Source of the DNA: Planctomycetota bacterium | GTDB taxonomy: Bacteria > Planctomycetota > Phycisphaerae > Phycisphaerales > SM1A02 | Direction of reading: 5' to 3' | DNA length: 64,000 nt | NCBI GenBank assembly: GCA_022563315.1 | Contig: JADFNO010000001.1 | Location: 2,503 to 66,502, forward strand | In this document: one piece after another, positions 41,384-48,340 of the stretch | Position numbering within the stretch: position 1 is the first letter of the stretch | How the letters are laid out: each line of letters begins with the position of its first letter | Position numbers and translations under genes: made by a program | The notes under the pieces: model-generated | The model's database searches: none | The model's input: the letters and a program-made list of their open reading frames with translations, nothing else | What the model was told of the DNA's origin: nothing

Positions 41384-42034
41384 TCACTCCTGCTCCCCGT
41401 CGTAATACATCGCCGCGTCGACAAGCACCGACGCCTCATCCGGACCATCGGACGATTCGGACGACCAGGTGAGGGTGATCCGCAGCCGCTGGGTGGCCTC
41501 GTAGGGGCGCCCAGTCTGCTCAAGCCGCATGTCCGCTACCCCCGTTGCCAGAACAGTAGGTGCAACGAGCGAGTCGGCCCGCCAACGATCGCAAAACCCC
41601 GCGCTCTGCGCCGCGGCCCGGTCCAGAACATGCGACGCCTCGGCCTCGCCCTCGAACAGTTGATACAGCACGATCGTCTGTAACACCTCGCTGTGACTCA
41701 ACACCGCTAACTCAGCTGGCTCCAAACGACCGGGATGCTCGCCGTCCTCCAGCCAGAGCACGAGTTCAGCGTAGGGCGTTGCCCCGCGCGGTCGCACGGC
41801 CAGAACCTCCACGCTGCGCCCGATCAATGCCCCAAGCCCGTTGATGAACTGCTGATTCACGGGGTACCGGGCGGCAATAACGTCACCGCCAATGCTCTGT
41901 GCCGTGAGGAAGCGCGGGGTAACGACGACCGCGGTGACTGACAGCGCTGTCGCCAACGAGAGCGCAATGAGCACGCCGCTCAGGGTGCTGCCCCGATCGT
42001 GAGCTGCTTCAGCCTTGTATCGACGAATGGACAT
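41384..42034 (-). CDS. Membrane-anchored hypothetical protein (GspK-like N-terminus?)
   Basis: 'RGSTLSGVLIALSLATALSVTAVVV' resembles the pseudopilin-K type anchor, but I recognise no other motif. I chose the ATG at 42034; the ORF extends to 42166. Confidence 0.45.
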   Translation of the reverse strand: MSIRRYKAEAAHDRGSTLSGVLIALSLATALSVTAVVVTPRFLTAQSIGGDVIAARYPVNQQFINGLGALIGRSVEVLAVRPRGATPYAELVLWLEDGEHPGRLEPAELAVLSHSEVLQTIVLYQLFEGEAEASHVLDRAAAQSAGFCDRWRADSLVAPTVLATGVADMRLEQTGRPYEATQRLRITLTWSSESSDGPDEASVLVDAAMYYDGEQE

Positions 42035-42192
42035 CAAGGACCCAACCAGTGAGAAACAAGAGCGTTCAGGGACCGTCCCCGGGATACCGGTCTGTGGCGG
42101 CGGTTCATTCAAACCGGACGAAGAGAACGCCGGCGTGTTTCCACGGCCGGCGTCTCGAAAGATCAACTGATTGCTGAAGCGTATCTCCAGTC

Positions 42193-42627
42193 TCAGTCAG
42201 CGTTGCCGTCGCCGTCCAGATCCAGGAAGCCGGTGTCGTCCTGGTTGGGCGCGTAGACATTAATCCCCCAACCGTTGGGATCAGCCCAGATCCAGCCGTT
42301 GCCGGTGCCCCACAGGAGGGCAATGGTGGCGCTGCCGTTCATCATCGGGTTCTTCGGCTCGGACTGCAGGTAGTCGCCGGTGGTCAACTGGTCCCAGCCT
42401 TGGACCAGTGGCTCGAACGGCGTCAGCGGGAACTGGATGTCGTGCAGTTCGATCTGACTGCGGAGCGTTTGCAACTGGGTCACGACGCTGGATTCCATCG
42501 CCTGCTGCGAAGCGTCGGTGAACTGCGGGATGACGATTGCGGCCAGGATGCCGAGGATCACCACCACGATCAAGATTTCGATCAATGTGAATGCCCGGTT
42601 GACCCGGGTCTTGATCTTCGTACGCAT
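42193..42627 (-). CDS. Major pilin / GspG-like pseudopilin (cluster 2)
   Basis: 'NRAFTLIEILIVVVILGILAAIVIPQFTDASQQA' is a canonical prepilin N-terminus. 144 aa; first gene of cluster 2. Confidence 0.85.
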   Translation of the reverse strand: MRTKIKTRVNRAFTLIEILIVVVILGILAAIVIPQFTDASQQAMESSVVTQLQTLRSQIELHDIQFPLTPFEPLVQGWDQLTTGDYLQSEPKNPMMNGSATIALLWGTGNGWIWADPNGWGINVYAPNQDDTGFLDLDGDGNAD

Positions 42628-43089
42628 GAGAATGAACTCCTTGTTGACAAGCTAAGAGAAAATCGCCTCCAAGCGAAGTCGTCAGGGTTCCGGCAGGCAT
42701 CGGGCCGCCGTCCCCTCCGTGTCAATTCCGAGGTCATGCCCACCATGACCCGGCCCTGTGAAGCGCCGCCCCAACCTTCCGGCCAAGCCGACTGTGATCT
42801 ACTCGTCGCACCCGTCGTTGCGTCGTGCCTCCTCCTCCAGAAGCTCGCCGCTGTTCAGGCCGCGAACGAGAACCCGCACTCCTAGTACAAAATGCATATC
42901 GACGCGCGGCAAGTCGCGGTCGAGAACAGCGGGCAAGATCACCCAGCCCCGAGCCGCGCAAGCGAGACAGCTTGAATATTGCATCACCCCGGGTACGCCA
43001 GCTTGCCAGGCCCCCCGTTTGGCCTGACACTTCCAGAGGCAGTATCGGACTCCCCCGGATTGACTTCCCGCTTGAAACGGACGAGTTGA

Positions 43090-43488
43090 CTACGCTGCCA
43101 GGAGCGATTCGAACTGGATCGCGACCCGATAGCCGTCGCCACAGGGGAGACAGCGAACGACCACCCCGCGCTTGGCGACGTAGCCCGGAGCTTTGAACCC
43201 CAGTGAGAGGATCGTTCCCGGCTCAAGCGGCGCGGAGCATTGCGCTCCCAGCCCTTCCCACGAGTAGTCGATCATCTTCAGCGCCTGCATCTGGCCGAAC
43301 CGCTCGCCCGCCACTCGAAACGCCGTGGCCACCCCCTGCACCGGCCAACGGTCATGCGCTCGGCGCTCGAACCGCAGCGGCGCCGGGGCGTCGGCGTCGT
43401 ATTCGGAATCCGATATCGTGTGGGGGGTATGCACCGTACTTCTCCGGGCAAGGCGTGAAGCCGCTTGGCTCCTGTGGTTTTCGGACAT
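43090..43488 (-). CDS. PilZ-domain protein (putative c-di-GMP receptor)
   Basis: 'ERRAHDRWPV' matches the RxxxR motif and 'IDYSWEGLG' matches the D/NxSxxG motif. 132 aa. Confidence 0.65.
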   Translation of the reverse strand: MSENHRSQAASRLARRSTVHTPHTISDSEYDADAPAPLRFERRAHDRWPVQGVATAFRVAGERFGQMQALKMIDYSWEGLGAQCSAPLEPGTILSLGFKAPGYVAKRGVVVRCLPCGDGYRVAIQFESLLAA

Positions 43489-43630
43489 ATCGCAAGCGAC
43501 CTTCAGTCCAGCGCCGGTGATTCCCCGGCTGGAGTCGACCCGGCTCCTCGATCAACGGTTCAGGGTCGTCGGATCAGGCGTACACTTCCCGACGCAGGAT
43601 CGATCAGCCCAACACCGCCAAGGACGCTCC

Positions 43631-44860
43631 ATGCTTCGCATCAAGCCGTTTGCGGCTCTTCGGCCGCTCCCGAACATCGCCGCCCAGGTCTCGTCCGTCC
43701 CCTACGACATCGTGACGACGGCGGAGGCCCGGCAGCTCGCCGCCGACAACCCGCGCAGCTTCCTGCGCGTCCTTCGCCCGGAGATCGACCTGCCCGGCGA
43801 AATGGATCCGCACGACCCGGCCGTGTACGCCGCTGCCAAGCAGAACTTCCAGCGACTGCTGTCGAACGGCGATCTCGTGCGGGAGGATGAACCCAAGCTG
43901 TATCTCTACCGCCAGGTGATCAACGACCACTATCAGATCGGGTTGGTCTGCTGCTGCCACCTGGATGACTACAACAACGACATCATCAAGAAGCACGAGA
44001 AGACGCGACCCGACAAGGAGGACGATCGCACCCGCCACATGCTTGCGATCAACGCCCAGCCCGGCCCGGTTCTGATGACCTACCGCGACCAGCCGAAGAT
44101 CGACAAACTCGTCGCGCAGGACGTGAACAACCGTCCCCTGTTCCACTTTGTCGCGCCGGACGGCGTAACGCATACGGTCTGGACGGTGGACGATGCGCAA
44201 CCCTATTGCGATGTTTTCGCCGAGGTCGAGGCCGCGTACATCGCCGACGGCCATCATCGCTCGGCCAGCGCCGCCCGGGCCGCCGCCCAGCGCCGAGCCG
44301 CGAACCCCAATCACACCGGCCACGAGGAATACAACTGGTTTCTCACCGTGCTCTTCCCCGCAAGTCAGCTCACCATCTTGCCCTACAACCGCGTCGTGAC
44401 TGATCTAGCCGGGCAAAGCGTGCAGCAGGTGCTGAAACGCCTGGCCGAAGTCGGAAACCTCAGCGATACCCAAGAGTCACAGCCGGACCGATCGGGCGTC
44501 TTTGGTATCTACCTTGATGGATCGTGGAGGCAACTGACATTGGACGAGGCAACCATTGACCGCTCCGACCCCATCCAATCCCTTGATGTCGCCCTGCTCC
44601 AGGACCGCGTGCTGGAGCCGATCTTCTCCATCGGCGACCCGCGCAGCGATCAGCGCCTCGATTTCATCGGCGGACTGAACAGCTCGCAGAAGCTTGTCAG
44701 CCGCGTTCACAGCGGTGACGCGGCCGCAGCCTTCTCCCTTTTCCCAACCACAATTCAGCAACTTCTGTCCGTAGCCGACGCCGGACTCGTCATGCCGCCC
44801 AAATCCACCTGGTTCGAACCCAAACTGCGCAGCGGACTCTTCATTCACATGCTCGACTAG
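43631..44860 (+). CDS. DUF1015-family protein
   Basis: 'MLRIKPFAALRPLPNIAAQVSSVPYDIV...HEKTRPDKEDDR...YIADGHHRSASA' matches what I recall of DUF1015. I chose the ATG at 43631; the ORF opens at 43325. Confidence 0.75.
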   Translation: MLRIKPFAALRPLPNIAAQVSSVPYDIVTTAEARQLAADNPRSFLRVLRPEIDLPGEMDPHDPAVYAAAKQNFQRLLSNGDLVREDEPKLYLYRQVINDHYQIGLVCCCHLDDYNNDIIKKHEKTRPDKEDDRTRHMLAINAQPGPVLMTYRDQPKIDKLVAQDVNNRPLFHFVAPDGVTHTVWTVDDAQPYCDVFAEVEAAYIADGHHRSASAARAAAQRRAANPNHTGHEEYNWFLTVLFPASQLTILPYNRVVTDLAGQSVQQVLKRLAEVGNLSDTQESQPDRSGVFGIYLDGSWRQLTLDEATIDRSDPIQSLDVALLQDRVLEPIFSIGDPRSDQRLDFIGGLNSSQKLVSRVHSGDAAAAFSLFPTTIQQLLSVADAGLVMPPKSTWFEPKLRSGLFIHMLD

Positions 44861-44895
44861 GGCACTTGCCGCCGAGAACGCAGCGGGGAAGAAAC

Positions 44896-45027
44896 CACAG
44901 ATGAACACAGATAGACACAGATAGAACTGGGAAGCCGGACCTGACGAGCGAGTCTTCGAGCGAGGAAGGTCCGGGTGGAAGGGGAAAGAAACGTCGAAGC
45001 GCAGCGGAGATCCCGATTCCATCGGGG
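44896..45027. repeat. Mosaic repeat unit, copy 1 (cacagat words + ccggacc/ggtccgg hairpin + 'gtcgaagcgcagcggagatCCCGATtccATCGGG' hairpin)
   Basis: It aligns by eye with 45557-45803. The conserved blocks are 'gggaagccggacctgacgagcg', 'gaggaaggtccgggtgg' and 'gtcgaagcgYagcggagatcccgattccatcgggg'. Confidence 0.8.
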
Positions 45028-45078
45028 TCGAAACGCCAAAATGCTGATCGCTGACCGCTGAAAGCTGATCGCTCCCCC

Positions 45079-45306
45079 CTACCCCTTCTTGCTTCGGCGG
45101 GGCAGTCGGGGCGCACCACCACCGCCGCCGGCGGCGCTTCGGCCGACACTGTCCACGCCGAAGGGATTGTCCGCAAAGGCCGTTCCCGGGTCCGGGTTCG
45201 GTGCGGTGGAATCGCCGGCCTCCTTCGCCTTGGCACGAGCAGCCTTGGCCTTCTTTTCTTTCCGGGCCTTGGCCTTCCTCAGTTTCTCGCGGTCGCGCTT
45301 ACTCAT
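45079..45306 (-). CDS. Small lysine/arginine-rich hypothetical protein
   Basis: 75 aa beginning 'MSKRDREKLRKAKARKEKKAKAARAKAKE'. An AAGGA lies ~5 nt upstream of the ATG. It lies between the two mosaic repeat units. Confidence 0.4.
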   Translation of the reverse strand: MSKRDREKLRKAKARKEKKAKAARAKAKEAGDSTAPNPDPGTAFADNPFGVDSVGRSAAGGGGGAPRLPRRSKKG

Positions 45307-45403
45307 GACGTCCTTCTAGGGGTCCGGGGGTCCGGGGGTCCGTGCCTGTGTTGTGCCGTCATTATGGCTGCCCCAACGGCCCAAGGCGAGCGGATTCGGC
45401 GAA

Positions 45404-45498
45404 GAAGTGTAAAGCCGCGACCAGTGGTCGCGCTTGGTCGAAGCAGAGAACGCCGGAACGCGAAGGCACGAAGTGTAAAGCCGCGACCAGTGGTCGCG
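45404..45498. repeat. Two identical 29-bp hairpin-containing direct repeats separated by 37 bp
   Basis: 'gaagtgtaaagccgcgaccagtggtcgcg' occurs at 45404-45432 and 45470-45498, with an internal palindrome cgcgacc-agt-ggtcgcg. Confidence 0.85.
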
Positions 45499-45556
45499 AG
45501 GGGGGGAAGGAAGGAGTCAGGAGTCGGGAGACCTCAAGCCGCAAGCCTTCTTTCGC

Positions 45557-45803
45557 CACAGATGAACATGGATGGGCACGGATAGAACCGGGAAGCCGGA
45601 CCTGACGAGCGTCCCGATTCGATCGGGAGAGGAAGGTCCGGGTGGCACGGCAAGGAACCGTCGAAACATCGAAACATCGAAACGTCTCAAACCTCAAGCC
45701 TCAAACCTCCCCCATGCAACCATGGCGGACTGATGGCTAATGGTTTATGCCAACGCCTAATGCCCAATGTCGAAGCGTAGCGGAGATCCCGATTCCATCG
45801 GGG
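45557..45803. repeat. Mosaic repeat unit, copy 2 (expanded by tandem 8-mers 'cgaaacat' x3 and 'ctcaaacc'-like)
   Basis: It has the same conserved blocks as copy 1, an inner hairpin tcccgat-tcg-atcggga (45612-45628), and a terminal hairpin cccgat-tcc-atcggg (45788-45802). Confidence 0.8.
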
Positions 45804-45938
45804 CCTAATGCCTTCTTCTCCAGGTGTCATTCTGAGCCGCGCAAGGACGCAAACAAATCATCGTGGGACCTTTTCCTTCCCTGAGCATTTCTATGCCTCA
45901 ATGGCCTTCGCCACGTCGCCGTGTACGCCTTCGAGTCG

Positions 45939-47744
45939 CTACTCGGGCACACTCACGAAATCGTCGTGCTTGAGGTGATGGCGATACGAAATCGGAAGTG
46001 CCTGCGCATATTGAGTCGCTGGTCGCGTGTTCGTTTCTTGGGTTGATACGTTCTCAATCATGATGCCGATCACAAGTCCGCGTCGATCAACCACTGGGCC
46101 ACCGCTAATACCTACACTCGAAACCACGCTCAGTTGTATAAATCGCTCGTTCGTCACCGGGGATGTCGAGAGTGCCGTAACCGTCCCGATTATTGCGACA
46201 AGTGCCTCTTTACGATTGAGTAAGGTCGGAAATCCAAGCGCCATGACCTCCTCTCCGATCTTCGGAAGGCGGTACTGAGTCGGAAGTCGACTAAGTCTCT
46301 CCATTCGCCTGTCGTTGACCCGAATCAGGCCGAAATCTACGCCGTGCTGTACGTGCTTCCACGCAACGGCCGTTGGCCTGATGGCGGGGTCGAAGGGATC
46401 CTCCAGGGTCAATGGGTATGGCTTGACCTTTGTATCCTCCTCCTCTCGCCCCGCGATGCAGTGGCCGGCAGTAGCGAATAAGTGATTGCCAAAATAGAAG
46501 GCGGTGCCGCCGGTCAAGTCTTCGCCAACCTGAACCTCGAGTAGACATATGCTCCCGCGATAGCGTTCGACTATCCTCGTCCACGGCTCAGGTTGAACTG
46601 ATATCCCCCGGAGAGGGGTTGATGCCAGCTCGCGCACATGCATTGGCTTCCGCGGGACCGTGACAGCGTCAATGAAGTGCGCTCGTGCCTGAAGTCGCCG
46701 GTAGACGGGGTCATCAGCGCCGCGGACCATTCGCATGAACTCAAGATTTCCCCTCACCACTCGCTTGAATGTGTCTTCGGATGTGTTCGAGCGTCCAGAG
46801 TACCGTGAATATTCCTCGGCCGCAGCGGCCGGTCCTTTTCGATCCCAATTGTGAATCATTGCTCGCAGTGTCCTAATGAACCTCCTGGAGACGTTCGGGA
46901 ACTCATTCACGGTGAGACCTGTCACTTCCTGGCGTTGCCATCGATTCGACAGTCGAACTTTGCTTCGATTGATTTCGAAGTTGTGCTTCTCTATGACCTT
47001 TTTTAGCAGCTCACCAGCACTTACGGTTCCGTCACTTGCGACCACAGCGAGTTTTTTACTGATCACCGGCGCGGTGGTGGAGAACGTTATGTCATCCGCG
47101 TATCGCGTGTAGACGCACCGAGTTTGCGACGCCAGACGTTGCAACGATGTGTCTAGAGATCGGCAGACAATGTTCGAGATCATGGGCGATGTCGGCCCGC
47201 CCTGCGGAAGCCTCCCGCAATCCATACAGCATATCTGTGCAAGAATCTCCGCAGCACTTTTACCGATGCTGTACGGCTCTGCTTGCAGCGTCGCCGCGAT
47301 CCGGCCAACGTGAATTGTCGGGAAGAAGTCTGCCAAGTCGATGTTCAGCACTATTCGCTGCCCAACGTGAGGGATCGCGTTGGTGAGGATGCTCTGACCA
47401 CGAATGAACCCGTGCGCGGAGGGTTTCCGATCGAACACAATCTGCAGGACGCGCGCGAGTTTGATCTGTAGAATCGATAGATTCTTTGGGGGTGCCGAAA
47501 TATGTCTGACTCCACCCCTAGACTTTGGGATAGAGAACGATCGGTAGTTCTTTCGTTCGCGCCGAACGTACAGAACCCAGGCGAGGAACCGTAGCTTCAC
47601 TTCCAGCAACCGCGCAACATCGCGCCGAGTTTCTAGCAGCGCGAAGCGATTGCGGATCGTGTCATCGTTAGCCCGTAGTACGGCTGGAGAAACAGAAAAT
47701 GCTGGGCCCTCAGCTGGCATTCCATCTCCGCGGAGTAGATACAT
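45939..47744 (-). CDS. Retron-type reverse transcriptase fused to C-terminal trypsin-like (S1) serine protease
   Basis: RT motifs 'SIPKSRGGVRHISAP', 'LTNAIPH', 'NIDLADFFPTI', 'LPQGGPTSPMISN', 'YTRYADDITFS' (YADD at 47091-47102) and 'QEVTGLTVN'. Protease triad motifs 'FATAGHC', 'DFGLIRV' and 'GISGGPVV'. An alternative ATG at 47720 has a better GGAG Shine-Dalgarno. Confidence 0.9.
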   Translation of the reverse strand: MYLLRGDGMPAEGPAFSVSPAVLRANDDTIRNRFALLETRRDVARLLEVKLRFLAWVLYVRRERKNYRSFSIPKSRGGVRHISAPPKNLSILQIKLARVLQIVFDRKPSAHGFIRGQSILTNAIPHVGQRIVLNIDLADFFPTIHVGRIAATLQAEPYSIGKSAAEILAQICCMDCGRLPQGGPTSPMISNIVCRSLDTSLQRLASQTRCVYTRYADDITFSTTAPVISKKLAVVASDGTVSAGELLKKVIEKHNFEINRSKVRLSNRWQRQEVTGLTVNEFPNVSRRFIRTLRAMIHNWDRKGPAAAAEEYSRYSGRSNTSEDTFKRVVRGNLEFMRMVRGADDPVYRRLQARAHFIDAVTVPRKPMHVRELASTPLRGISVQPEPWTRIVERYRGSICLLEVQVGEDLTGGTAFYFGNHLFATAGHCIAGREEEDTKVKPYPLTLEDPFDPAIRPTAVAWKHVQHGVDFGLIRVNDRRMERLSRLPTQYRLPKIGEEVMALGFPTLLNRKEALVAIIGTVTALSTSPVTNERFIQLSVVSSVGISGGPVVDRRGLVIGIMIENVSTQETNTRPATQYAQALPISYRHHLKHDDFVSVPE

Positions 47745-48184
47745 GACCCTTGGCTACATCGCTAACCATCGCACCAAGTGGCTGGTGAGTCGGCCTATTC
47801 ACGAACGTTGTCCAAGGCCGTCGCGTAACGCGACAGCAATCAATGCCGTCGAGGGCCCAGCATGGGCAAAGATATCAAGTAGGCGCGTTTCCCGAAAGTT
47901 TGGCAGAGTCACGCCACCGCCGTAACCGCCGACATGTCCCCCGTCAACGGTCCACTCCTCTTGGCATGCAATGTCTCCAGCTACCGACACAACGTCACCT
48001 GGAGCCGAGCGGCGGCCTGACCCCTGAGTAGTTGACGCCTGTGCAGGGGGCATTGGGGACGATGACGGACACCCAGGACTCGTAGGACTCGCTGTGCGTG
48101 GCGCTCGGAGTGATGGTGGGGTTGATTGTGTGCGGGCGCGAACCGGGTTGACACAACCCGGCTCGCTACGGTTGACATCCCGAT

Positions 48185-48199
48185 CCCGATGGAATCGGG
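48185..48199. repeat. cccgat-gga-atcggg hairpin (inverted-loop copy of the 45012/45788 hairpin)
   Basis: It has the same 6-bp stem as the copies on the other side of the RT gene, with the complementary loop. Confidence 0.6.
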
Positions 48200-48340
48200 A
48201 CAGGGGGAATCGGGAGCGCGCGGGGATCGGGATCGGCAGTTATGCCGTTGTTGGGCCCCCATACTCGGCCTAGACCCCCAAGTGGCTTGTTTGAGGGGCG
48301 TTGAGGGGCGGGGTCTCGGCCGGGGCGATACACTAGAAGG

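Noticed and set aside
42628-43089. Sigma-54 or sigma-70 promoter upstream of the cluster-2 pilin gene (a perfect TTGACA hexamer occurs on the minus strand near 42720).
   Set aside because: There is no acceptable -10 at 16-18 nt spacing and no GG-N10-GC sigma-54 pattern. The evidence is insufficient to annotate a promoter.
44940-44978. Hammerhead-ribozyme-like 'CUGACGAG' box inside the ccggacc/ggtccgg hairpin (also at 45600-45645).
   Set aside because: The required GAAA box after stem II is absent ('GAGGAAGG' instead). In copy 1 the stem II region is not self-complementary, and no cleavage-site context could be built.
45404-45498. Calling the two 29-bp repeats a CRISPR array.
   Set aside because: There are only two repeats and one spacer, no cas genes in 64 kb, and the spacer shares local repeat words. 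I report it as a repeat, not as CRISPR.
47799-48053. 84-aa minus-strand ORF directly upstream of the RT as a possible accessory or effector protein.
   Set aside because: I saw no Shine-Dalgarno and no motif. It has a Gly/Ala/Arg-biased composition and overlaps an equally long plus-strand ORF. The region is more plausibly non-coding (ncRNA or promoter). This is not excluded, only unsupported.
47774-48287. Short direct repeats 'ccaagtggct' (47774 and 48278) and 'tcggccta' (47790 and 48265) as possible target-site duplications.
   Set aside because: The two words occur in opposite order at the two sites and do not bracket the RT gene. This could be chance, and I could not build a coherent insertion model from it.
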